Shown here: positions 31,580 through 39,761 of the stretch, piece after piece
Numbering within the stretch: position 1 is the stretch's first letter
Layout: every line of letters starts with the position of its first letter
Assembly (NCBI GenBank): GCA_947627915.1
Contig: CANQXT010000001.1
Location: 2,231-66,230, forward strand
Length of the DNA stretch: 64,000 nt
Origin: an uncultured Bacilli bacterium
Lineage (GTDB): Bacteria; Bacillota_I; Bacilli_A; RF39; UBA660
Reading direction: 5' to 3'
Translations under genes and position numbers: made by a program
The notes under the pieces: model-generated
Database searches by the model: none
Told to the model about the DNA's origin: nothing
What the model saw: only the letters and a program-made list of their open reading frames with translations

Positions 31580-32386
31580 TTAACTTACTAATTTTTTATG
31601 GGTATCTTTACCAACATATCCGTCAACTTTTAAATTATTATCTTTTTGATATTTTTTGACTGCCTTTAAAGTATCTGGTCCAAAATTACCATCTACCCCA
31701 TTTTTACCACAACTATAACCTAATGCAATTAACCTTTCTTGTAACCACTTTATGTGGATGCTTGCTTTCTTACCTTTATATAATTGATTTTTAGAACAAG
31801 CTTCACTAGTTTTAGGTCCAAATTTACCATCTACTTCTAATTGTAAATTATATTCTTTGTTTAATACTTCTTGTAATTTTTGACAAGCATTATTAATTAT
31901 TTGCTCATTTACTGAATTATTTTTATTTTCATAATTAACATAAGGAAGATAACCATGTTTTAACCATTTATATACTTTTTTACCATTCTTACTTCTTGTT
32001 CCATCTTGAGCTATTTGGGATTTCAAAACATTATCGGTCCACGCTTTAGTTGCTTCAATAACTTCCCCATTACCTACATATATACCTACGTGTCCTTTTA
32101 ACCAAACTAATTCTCCGACATCTATTTTAGTAAAGTCACTAGAAATATTTGTACATTTATTAATTATAGTATCTGCTCCAATATCGGGAACATTATTGGA
32201 TTTATATACAGCTCCCCCTCTTTTTTTAGAAAAATCACCATTCCATCCCCAAAGGATTCCTTTTATTAAACAAACACAATCAAAATACCAAGTATCTTCA
32301 TTATGATTGCCCCAACCACTTTTTTTATATTTTGTTTTACTATTTAAAGCTAAATTTAATTTAGTAATAAATTCGTTTAAATCCAT
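31580..32386 (-). CDS. Cell-wall hydrolase: NlpC/P60-like cysteine peptidase domain + two PG_binding_1 repeats
   Basis: 268 aa. Cys/His catalytic context (DCVCLIKG...GHVGIYVGNGEVIEA) and C-terminal repeats (DGKFGPKTSEACSKNQ and DGNFGPDTLKAVKKYQKDNNLKVDGYVG). Confidence 0.7.
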   Translation of the reverse strand: MDLNEFITKLNLALNSKTKYKKSGWGNHNEDTWYFDCVCLIKGILWGWNGDFSKKRGGAVYKSNNVPDIGADTIINKCTNISSDFTKIDVGELVWLKGHVGIYVGNGEVIEATKAWTDNVLKSQIAQDGTRSKNGKKVYKWLKHGYLPYVNYENKNNSVNEQIINNACQKLQEVLNKEYNLQLEVDGKFGPKTSEACSKNQLYKGKKASIHIKWLQERLIALGYSCGKNGVDGNFGPDTLKAVKKYQKDNNLKVDGYVGKDTHKKLVS

Positions 32387-32447
32387 AAAATCTCCTTCTA
32401 TTTATTATATGAAAAAAAGTAATTTAAATATTTACATATAACTATTG

Positions 32448-32477
32448 GAGAATTAAAAAAAGCTCATATTTGAGCTT
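32448..32477 (-). terminator. Terminator hairpin just downstream of tRNA-Ser
   Basis: aagctca (32460-32466) / tgagctt (32471-32477), flanked by A-runs on the plus strand (a U-run after the hairpin on the minus transcript). Confidence 0.45.
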
Positions 32478-32488
32478 AAAAATCTAAG

Positions 32489-32579
32489 TGGCGGAGCAGG
32501 AGAGATTTGAACTCTCGCGCCAGTTACCCGACCTACACCCTTAGCAGGGGCGCCTCTTCAGCCTCTTGAGTACTACTCC
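32489..32579 (-). tRNA. tRNA-Ser (anticodon GCU)
   Basis: The reverse complement folds as a class II tRNA. Acceptor stem GGAGTAG/CTGCTCC with one G-U pair and 3' GCCA, T-arm GAGAGTTCAAATCTCTC, anticodon stem CGCCC/GGGTG with loop CTGCTAA (anticodon GCT), and a long variable arm. 91 nt. Confidence 0.85.
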
Positions 32580-32598
32580 ATACCAAGAATACTTTTAT

Positions 32599-32627
32599 AG
32601 TTTAACACAAGTATTCCTGTAAGTCAA
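32599..32627 (-). promoter_or_regulatory. Candidate sigma-A-type promoter for tRNA-Ser
   Basis: On the minus strand: TTGACT (rc of 32622-32627), 17-nt spacer, TAAACT (rc of 32599-32604), about 19 nt upstream of the tRNA 5' end. Confidence 0.3.
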
Positions 32628-32668
32628 TTAACTTCTTTTTTATTTTATACTTTTTTCTTATTTTTATG

Positions 32669-33529
32669 CTAATCTAATAAGATATTTCGAATAGCGGTAA
32701 CATTTTCATATTGAATAGTTACATAATCACGTGATAAATCATTATTAGTAACTATATCATCTATTTCTACTATTTTTGCTTTATAATTATTTACTAATTC
32801 ATCAATTAATTCTGAGTTCTCTTCACTTTTTAATTTTATAATAGTTGTATATTTGGAACTTTTAAATTTATTTTTTAAATCTGCTAAAGCACTTTCACTA
32901 CCACTTGATACAATATCTTCTAATGATAAAACATTAAAACCATAATTTTCTAAATATTTAAAAATATTATTCGAAACAACTAATATAGTATCTTCACTAT
33001 CTTTAGCTATATTCCGTAATTCAGCATCAATCCAAGATACTTCTTCATATAATTTTTCATATTTTTCTGTTATAATATCTTCTTTAATTTTATTATCAAT
33101 ATAATCAATTAAAGTTTCTTTTATATTCTTAACAAGCATTAAAAAGTTATTTGGAGCAAGCCATAATTCTCGAATATCTTCTTTATAACTTAATCCATAT
33201 GTAGCATCAATAATTTGTAATTTATTATTTTTATTAATTAATGATTTGGCTATTTCTTTTTCGTGACCTATTCCCATATAAACAAATAAGTCTCCTTTAG
33301 CATAATCATTTACTTGCTTAGTTGTTAAATTATAATTATTAATATCTGCTCCATTTGGATAGATACTAGTAACTACACTATTATCATCATATAAATATTC
33401 CATTATATAACTAACTGGATAAACAGTTGTATAAACAACGGCATTATCTAAATTACTTTGTTTTAAATCGCATCCCGTTAAAATTAATGGTATACACATT
33501 AAAATTATTAAAATAATTGTTTTTTTCAT
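32669..33529 (-). CDS. Lipoprotein, ZnuA/TroA-like (cluster-9) solute-binding fold with degenerate metal ligands
   Basis: 286 aa. Lipobox LILTGC. The region TSIYPNGADINNYNLTTKQVNDYAKGDLFVYMGIGHEKE resembles the LxPxGxDPHxY...ADLxVxNGxxLE core of metal-binding SBPs but with His replaced. Confidence 0.5.
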   Translation of the reverse strand: MKKTIILIILMCIPLILTGCDLKQSNLDNAVVYTTVYPVSYIMEYLYDDNSVVTSIYPNGADINNYNLTTKQVNDYAKGDLFVYMGIGHEKEIAKSLINKNNKLQIIDATYGLSYKEDIRELWLAPNNFLMLVKNIKETLIDYIDNKIKEDIITEKYEKLYEEVSWIDAELRNIAKDSEDTILVVSNNIFKYLENYGFNVLSLEDIVSSGSESALADLKNKFKSSKYTTIIKLKSEENSELIDELVNNYKAKIVEIDDIVTNNDLSRDYVTIQYENVTAIRNILLD

Positions 33530-33564
33530 TATATCACCTATTATCTAATTTTACTATAAACTAT

Positions 33565-33614
33565 CATTTTTCGCAACACATTCAACTAACATTTTTCGCA
33601 ACACATTCAACTAA
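33565..33614. repeat. Perfect 25-bp tandem direct duplication (catttttcgcaacacattcaactaa x2) spanning the stop codon of the PAP2 gene
   Basis: Seen directly: 33565-33589 equals 33590-33614. The duplication shifts the frame so the PAP2 C-terminus ends ...VECVAKNVS* rather than ...VECVAKNDSL*. Confidence 0.8.
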
Positions 33615-34211
33615 TATTAAAATAATTATCCCAGATAAAATAATACCTCCTAAGATATCACTAGCAAAGTGAACTCCTAAATAAATACGACTAATACCAA
33701 CTAAGATTGGTAATATTATTAAAAAAATTCCTAACATTATTTTATATTGCTTTTTTAAATTACTTTGCAAAGTAAAATATAATAAAATACCACATAAAGT
33801 AAATGCTGCCATAGTATGACCACTTGGATAACTAAAAGATTTTTCTGTAACTAATGCTAATACATTAGGTCTTTCTCTTCGAATAATTAATTTAACTATA
33901 TTATTTATAAGTGCTTCTATAATAATAGCTATACTTAAGATAGTAGATTCTTTTTTCTTTTTATGATATAGAAAATACATAACTAATAAAATAGTTCCTA
34001 TTATTATAAAGATTGTACTTCCTAAAAAAGTTATTATATAAAATATTCTATCCCAACTTTTATTACTAAATATAGTAACTAAATTATATATATAATTATC
34101 TATCTTAACCAACATATTTAATTTAACTAAAATAGTTAATATTATAAATAATATACTAAACGTAATAATTTCTATTCTTCTTTTATTCATCTTTTTTTCC
34201 TTTAAAAACAA
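33582..34211 (-). CDS. PAP2-family membrane phosphatase (undecaprenyl-diphosphatase / phosphatidylglycerophosphatase B-like)
   Basis: 209 aa, 5-6 TM. Acid phosphatase motifs KxxxxxxRP (KLIIRRERP), PSGH (SYPSGHTMAAF) and SRxxxxxHxxxD (SRIYLGVHFASD). Confidence 0.75.
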   Translation of the reverse strand: MFLKEKKMNKRRIEIITFSILFIILTILVKLNMLVKIDNYIYNLVTIFSNKSWDRIFYIITFLGSTIFIIIGTILLVMYFLYHKKKKESTILSIAIIIEALINNIVKLIIRRERPNVLALVTEKSFSYPSGHTMAAFTLCGILLYFTLQSNLKKQYKIMLGIFLIILPILVGISRIYLGVHFASDILGGIILSGIIILILVECVAKNVS

Positions 34212-35223
34212 ACTCTCTTAATACCATTATATTTATAATCCATAAGAAAGAATCAACAATTATTTTAATTACTATAATTGGTAATTTTATTAAACTACTT
34301 AAATAAGTTACAAAACAACCAGATGTAAGCATTATAATTATAACAAATACATAATATCTAGTCCAAGCATTTAAACTTTGATTTTTAAATACTAACCGAG
34401 AATTTATAATATAGTTATAAATTGATGATAATATTCTTGCTAAAATAGTCGCAGCTAAAATCTTCGAATTTATATCTAGTAAATTTAAAAAGAAAGAGAA
34501 AAAGATAATATCTAAAAGAAAAGAACTAAAAGAACATAAGAAATATTTTATAAAAGAACGATATATTAATAAACTATCTTTTAAAGAACGGAAATGATAA
34601 CCCGAATGATTATTTATATATACAGTTGAAACAGGTACTTCTTCTATATCTATATCACTTTGTTTACATAAAATAAGCATATTAGTTTCATAATCAAATC
34701 TCTCTCCTACTGTATCCATAAATTGATACATTATATACTTACTAAAACCTCTTAATCCTGTTTGAGTATCACTAATGTCTAAACCTATAAAGATCTTTAA
34801 TATTTGTTTCATAATGATATTACTATAACGTCTTTTTATAGGTATTTTTTCATCTTCAAAATCTCTGACTCCTAAAATTAATTTATCTTTATTTTCTAAA
34901 ATTTCGTGTGCTACTTTTATGATATCATTAACTAAATATTGTCCGTCACAATCACAAACAACCGCCCCTAAAACATTAGGATAATTATTTAAAATATAAT
35001 TAAAAGCATTTTTTATTGCTCGACCTTTACCTAAATTTTTATAATGCTTTAATACTATAATCTTTTTTTTAGTTAATTTACTAAAAAAAGCATTAAATTC
35101 TATATTACTACCATCATCAATTACTATTATGTTAGAAAATTCTTTATGTAACTCTTTAAGAAATTTTAACATTAATTGTTCATCCGGATTTAATGTTGGT
35201 ATAATTACAAATATATCTTTCAT
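34183..35223 (-). CDS. Family 2 glycosyltransferase (polyprenyl-phosphate sugar transferase-like) fused to a C-terminal GtrA-like 4-TM domain
   Basis: 346 aa. N-terminal GT-A fold (IVIIPTLNPDE...VIDDGS...DCDGQY) and a C-terminal hydrophobic GtrA-like bundle. Confidence 0.7.
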   Translation of the reverse strand: MKDIFVIIPTLNPDEQLMLKFLKELHKEFSNIIVIDDGSNIEFNAFFSKLTKKKIIVLKHYKNLGKGRAIKNAFNYILNNYPNVLGAVVCDCDGQYLVNDIIKVAHEILENKDKLILGVRDFEDEKIPIKRRYSNIIMKQILKIFIGLDISDTQTGLRGFSKYIMYQFMDTVGERFDYETNMLILCKQSDIDIEEVPVSTVYINNHSGYHFRSLKDSLLIYRSFIKYFLCSFSSFLLDIIFFSFFLNLLDINSKILAATILARILSSIYNYIINSRLVFKNQSLNAWTRYYVFVIIIMLTSGCFVTYLSSLIKLPIIVIKIIVDSFLWIINIMVLREFVFKGKKDE

Positions 35224-35278
35224 AACATTGTCCTTCTTAATTATTTAGAATATTTAAAATAAAGAAGATAACTCTTCT

Positions 35279-35656
35279 TTAATTTTTACTCATATATACT
35301 GTACAGGTTGTTCTTCCCCCACTATTAATTACAAGTTGTCCATTTTCATAAGATACATATGCTTTATCATAATCACAACTTTGACTATCTAAATTATAAT
35401 TACCACCTGGCAATACATCAACTGGTTCATAATTTGATGAACCACTATTTTTTATATAAATGTATAAATTAACATCACGTAAATCATCTTCAACAAAGTC
35501 TTCTTTAATATCATTTTTTACTTCATCTAACAAGAAATGAACTCTCGAATAATTATTTAATAAGAAGATCATTAATAGTAAAAATGTTGTAAAAAAAGTA
35601 TAAATTATTGCTGTTGAAATAAAACCATTCTTTTTCATATATTCACACTTACCCAA
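35279..35656 (-). CDS. Small pilin-like/pseudopilin-like membrane protein
   Basis: 125 aa. N-terminus KKNGFISTAIIYTFFTTFLLLMIFLL resembles a degenerate prepilin leader plus hydrophobic helix (no Glu at +5), then a small beta-rich domain. Overlaps the next gene by 22 nt. Confidence 0.4.
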   Translation of the reverse strand: MGKCEYMKKNGFISTAIIYTFFTTFLLLMIFLLNNYSRVHFLLDEVKNDIKEDFVEDDLRDVNLYIYIKNSGSSNYEPVDVLPGGNYNLDSQSCDYDKAYVSYENGQLVINSGGRTTCTVYMSKN

Positions 35657-36246
35657 CTATAAAAACTACGACAATTGTTATTACTATCACAAGATTCATA
35701 TTCAGCTACTAAGATATAATCTGTAACAACATAAACAAATAAATCTTTCAAGTATCTAACTGTATCATTATTAAAATTTAAATATAATTTATTACAATTA
35801 TTGTGATCTGTGGTTCTTGTACTACTACTATACATACCACAACTATTATTATAAGCACAAGCTTCGGTACATTTCTTTAACGTACTAAGTTTATTAGCTT
35901 TAACAATAAATAATTGTTTAATTTCATAATCATCTAATAAAGATTGAAAAAATGCTTTATCACTATCGTTAGGAAATAAACCTGGTGTATCAATACCAAT
36001 TACTTCTAAATAATTTGCATTATCATTAACAAAACTTGCTAATGCTGAATTAAGTGTATCTAAATCGTATAATTCTTTTTTTATATAATTAGTTCTATAT
36101 ATATAATTTATATCATCAAAATATATTCTTGTTTTTTGGGTTTGTAATATATTATGAAAAGATGAATATAAAAGTAAAAGTGAACTAGTAAGAATTATTA
36201 TTGCTATAATTGTTTCAACAAAAACAAAGCCATTTTTCTTCATCAT
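35635..36246 (-). CDS. Prepilin-type N-terminal domain protein (minor pseudopilin-like)
   Basis: 203 aa. N-terminus KKNGFVFVETIIAIIILTSSLLLLY matches the G|FxxxE class III signal-peptide motif plus hydrophobic helix. Cys-rich C-terminal region. Confidence 0.55.
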   Translation of the reverse strand: MMKKNGFVFVETIIAIIILTSSLLLLYSSFHNILQTQKTRIYFDDINYIYRTNYIKKELYDLDTLNSALASFVNDNANYLEVIGIDTPGLFPNDSDKAFFQSLLDDYEIKQLFIVKANKLSTLKKCTEACAYNNSCGMYSSSTRTTDHNNCNKLYLNFNNDTVRYLKDLFVYVVTDYILVAEYESCDSNNNCRSFYSWVSVNI

Positions 36247-36322
36247 TTTTCACTTCCATATCTTAAATTAATTATAACTTAAATTTTTTATATTTTCAAT
36301 AAATTTTAGTATAATTTACTTA

Positions 36323-36754
36323 TTATCTACTTTTAGTATGTTCAATATTAATTTGGGACTCTAACATTAAGAGCATATTTATATATTGATTTAACTTATG
36401 TCCCCCTAAAATATAATAATATTTATTAATTAAATATTTACGAAAATTATCTATTTCTAAAACAATTGCTTCGGCATCATCACTTGAATTATTTTCTTGT
36501 TCATTAAAAAGCATTATCTTATATAATATTTTTTTATACTTTTTTTCAAAATTTTTATCAATTATTTCTTGTATTAATATAGGATCATATATTTCTACTT
36601 TTTCATTTTGATCTTTCTTTGTAATTGTTAATCCTTCTTTAGTATCTAATTCTAATATTTCAAAATCACTTTTTACTTTTGTTATCTTATTCATTTTTTC
36701 CCCCAAAAAGATCTGGTCTTCTTTCTTCCGTTCTTTTAATTTGTTCTTTTTCAC
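36323..36754 (-). CDS. Hypothetical protein
   Basis: 143-aa ORF. The annotated start overlaps the trmD 3' end by 68 nt; the real start is probably an internal Met (MNKITKV...). Confidence 0.35.
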   Translation of the reverse strand: MKKNKLKERKKEDQIFLGEKMNKITKVKSDFEILELDTKEGLTITKKDQNEKVEIYDPILIQEIIDKNFEKKYKKILYKIMLFNEQENNSSDDAEAIVLEIDNFRKYLINKYYYILGGHKLNQYINMLLMLESQINIEHTKSR

Positions 36755-37361
36755 GGTATTCTTTAATTAATTGATGATTACCATTAAGGAGTACATCTGG
36801 CACTTTATAACCGCGAAAATCAGTTGGTTTAGTATAAGTTGGATAATCTAATAAATGATTATTAAAAGATTCTTGTTCACTAGATTCGTGATTGATTACG
36901 CCTTCAAGTAAACGGACAACAGAATCAGTAATAACCATTGCTGGTAATTCTCCCCCAGTTAAAACATAATCCCCAATACTTATTTCTAAGTCTACAAAGT
37001 TACGAATTCGCTCATCATATCCTTCATAATGGCCACAAACAATAATTAAATGCTTATACTCTTTTAATTTTTGACAATCACTTTGTTTATAGTTATGTCC
37101 TTGAGGTGTTGTTAAAATTACTATGGCATCATCATCTTTAACACTTTCAATTGCTTTGACAATTGGTTCACACATAAGAACCATTCCAGCTCCTCCACCA
37201 TAAGGAGTATCATCAACTTGTTTATGTTTTAAAGTTGAAAAATCACGAAAATTAATAATATTAATTTGGACTTTTTTATTATCAATTGCTCTTTTAATAA
37301 TTGATTCATTTAAAAAACCATCAAACATATTTGGAAAAAGAGTTAAAATATCTATTCTCAT
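36687..37361 (-). CDS. trmD: tRNA (guanine37-N1)-methyltransferase
   Basis: 224 aa. MRIDILTLFPNMFDGFLNESIIKRA, DDTPYGGGAGMVL and SPOUT knot motifs. No rplS downstream. Confidence 0.9.
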   Translation of the reverse strand: MRIDILTLFPNMFDGFLNESIIKRAIDNKKVQINIINFRDFSTLKHKQVDDTPYGGGAGMVLMCEPIVKAIESVKDDDAIVILTTPQGHNYKQSDCQKLKEYKHLIIVCGHYEGYDERIRNFVDLEISIGDYVLTGGELPAMVITDSVVRLLEGVINHESSEQESFNNHLLDYPTYTKPTDFRGYKVPDVLLNGNHQLIKEYREKEQIKRTEERRPDLFGGKNE

Positions 37362-37864
37362 ACTATTAAATCCTTTCCATTATTGGTATCTATTTTCTTA
37401 TTTTTAAGATCTACCTTTATAATATAATTATCTATTAAAGGTATATAAAAAGTTTTATCTCCTTTAATTTTTAATAAAACATTATTAATTGTTTTTTCAT
37501 AGTCAAGTACAGTTCCTAATAATAATTCTTTATCATAAACATTTAAACCAATTAAATCATTTAAAAGATACTCGCCATCTTCTAAAGATAAATCACTTCT
37601 TAAAATATATATATTACTACCTTTATATTTTAAAACTTCATTTATATTTGTATATCCTTTAAATAATATTAAATCATTATTTTTATGAACTCTTCTACTT
37701 TGAATTATTTCTTTATCTTTATTTATACCAATATATATAGGAGTTCCTTCTTTAAAAATTCTCTCTTTATATTCAAAATCACTAATAACTTTTAATTCTC
37801 CTTTAATACCAAAAGTATTAATTATTTTACCAACAATAATATAATTATTCATTATATACCTCAT
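37358..37864 (-). CDS. rimM: 16S rRNA processing protein RimM
   Basis: 168 aa. IIVGKIINTFGIKGELKV N-terminal beta-barrel signature plus PRC barrel. rimM-trmD order is conserved. Confidence 0.85.
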   Translation of the reverse strand: MRYIMNNYIIVGKIINTFGIKGELKVISDFEYKERIFKEGTPIYIGINKDKEIIQSRRVHKNNDLILFKGYTNINEVLKYKGSNIYILRSDLSLEDGEYLLNDLIGLNVYDKELLLGTVLDYEKTINNVLLKIKGDKTFYIPLIDNYIIKVDLKNKKIDTNNGKDLIV

Positions 37865-38561
37865 ACATTAAAATACTTCCTGCAACTCCAACATTTAAAC
37901 TTTCACAATTATTTTGCATATTTATATATACTTTTTTAGGACATAAAGCACTTATTTCATCTTTTACTCCTGCCCCTTCATTTCCTAAAACAATGGCATA
38001 TTTTTTAGCTTTTATATCTTTAATATTTGTACCATTCTTTACTGATGTTGTTACTTTAACATAATCCTCATTAAGATTATTTAAGAATTCTTTAATATCA
38101 CATCTTAAAATATTTAAATGAAAAATCATTCCTTCACTAGCTCTTATTACTTTAGGATTATATATATCTACACTATTATTACTTAAAATAATATTAGGAA
38201 AATTAAAGGCCACAGCGCTTCTTAAGATAGTTCCTAAATTACCTGGATCTTGAATGTCATCTAAAATAATTATATTACCCTCAAGATTATGAAATTCTTT
38301 TTTATAACAAATAGCTATTATATTAGGTATTGTTACTTGACTTGATATTTTACGCATTATTTCTTTTGTAACTATATAAGTTGGAACATCATATTCTTGA
38401 TCAATAATTGTAATTATTTCTTTAACACAATTGGTTTTTAAAGCTTCATTTACTAAATGATCATCTTCGACAATAAATAAATTTTCTTTATCCCGATATT
38501 TCTTTTGTAATAATTTTTCCCAAGCTTTAACTTTTTCATTATTTAAACTAGAAAGGTACAT
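37845..38561 (-). CDS. TrmH/SpoU-family RNA 2'-O-methyltransferase
   Basis: 238 aa SPOUT fold: NIIILDDIQDPGNLGTILRSAVAFNF, AIVLGNEGAGV, LNVGVAGSILMYE. Confidence 0.8.
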   Translation of the reverse strand: MYLSSLNNEKVKAWEKLLQKKYRDKENLFIVEDDHLVNEALKTNCVKEIITIIDQEYDVPTYIVTKEIMRKISSQVTIPNIIAICYKKEFHNLEGNIIILDDIQDPGNLGTILRSAVAFNFPNIILSNNSVDIYNPKVIRASEGMIFHLNILRCDIKEFLNNLNEDYVKVTTSVKNGTNIKDIKAKKYAIVLGNEGAGVKDEISALCPKKVYINMQNNCESLNVGVAGSILMYEVYNE

Positions 38562-38612
38562 AAAACCACCAACATTAGTATACTAAATAACTTCTTTTTT
38601 GACAATAAAACT

Positions 38613-39254
38613 TCAATATTTTAATTTTTTTCTTTTTTCTTTATAATCAGGTATAACCATTTCTACTATTGCCCAAAACTTTTTACTGTGATTACCTTCA
38701 TAAAAATGAGCCATTTCATGCACAATAACATAATCAATTAAAGGAATATCTTTCTTTAATAATTCACTATTTAAAGTTATAATTTTATCTTTGGTATTAC
38801 ATACTCCCCATCTAGTACGCATTTTTCTTATTCTAAGTCTAAATTCTGGTAAATTATTGAAACATTTCTTACATACTTCTATTTCTTCATTAAAGACTCT
38901 TACACATTCTTTTTGATAAAATTTTTCTAACTCTTCTTCATCATGACAAATTATATTATTATCTTCAAATTTAAGTTCAGTAACCCGATTATCGAAAGTA
39001 ACTTCATAACTTTTACCTAAATACCAAAATAATTTATCTCGAATACTCTTTTCTAAAGAATCTTCATACATTTTTAATATAGCACTTGAATTTTTAGTAA
39101 TTAAATTTTTTACTTCTTGATCACTTATAAAACGAGGGGCCGTAACAACTAATTTACAATTTTCATCAAAACGAAAATAAAGATTTTTATTATCTTTTCG
39201 AATTATTTCATATTCTATAATATAATCATTTAATTTAAATTTCATACTAATCAC
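38613..39254 (-). CDS. YgjP/DUF45-family predicted zinc metallo-hydrolase (HExxH)
   Basis: 213 aa. WGVCNTKDKIITLNSELLK...IDYVIVHEMAHFYEGNHSKKFW is typical of the DUF45/M48-like family. Confidence 0.7.
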   Translation of the reverse strand: MISMKFKLNDYIIEYEIIRKDNKNLYFRFDENCKLVVTAPRFISDQEVKNLITKNSSAILKMYEDSLEKSIRDKLFWYLGKSYEVTFDNRVTELKFEDNNIICHDEEELEKFYQKECVRVFNEEIEVCKKCFNNLPEFRLRIRKMRTRWGVCNTKDKIITLNSELLKKDIPLIDYVIVHEMAHFYEGNHSKKFWAIVEMVIPDYKEKRKKLKY

Positions 39255-39278
39255 TATTTAATTTTACCACAAAACTTA

Positions 39279-39704
39279 TTATCTAACAAACTCATTTAAC
39301 CAAAAATAATCTTTATTTTGAAAATCACAAACAAATAAATTATCGGTCATTAAATAATTTTTTAAAAACAAAGAATTGACAACATCCGTTTTTAATAAGA
39401 TATGACTTTTATATACTTTTAATTTACTATGTTCTGGACGATATTTATTATCTATTTTATGTATATCTTCATTCCAAGTATAATAACGATTATTTTTAAA
39501 TAAATTATTAATTCTTTTATCAATATATTCTTTATCAAAACTATTAAATATATCATTATATATTTTAAAAGATATTGTAGAATTTAAATTATCAAAATAA
39601 TAAAAGCTTTCAATCGTTCGATAAAGATTATAAGGATTATCTTTTGTTAATATACTAATCTCTCTTTTTATGTTAAAAATATAAAAAGTACGCATAAATA
39701 TCAC
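39279..39704 (-). CDS. Hypothetical protein
   Basis: 141-aa ORF. No recognisable motifs. Confidence 0.35.
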   Translation of the reverse strand: MIFMRTFYIFNIKREISILTKDNPYNLYRTIESFYYFDNLNSTISFKIYNDIFNSFDKEYIDKRINNLFKNNRYYTWNEDIHKIDNKYRPEHSKLKVYKSHILLKTDVVNSLFLKNYLMTDNLFVCDFQNKDYFWLNEFVR

Positions 39705-39761
39705 CTAATGATAATTATACATACTTTAAATTAATTATTTTGTCGAATTGTGTCTTATATA

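Noticed and set aside
31580-32640. Prophage or integrative element at tRNA-Ser
   Set aside because: No integrase, no duplicated tRNA 3' end and no phage structural genes. The lysin-like gene alone is insufficient.
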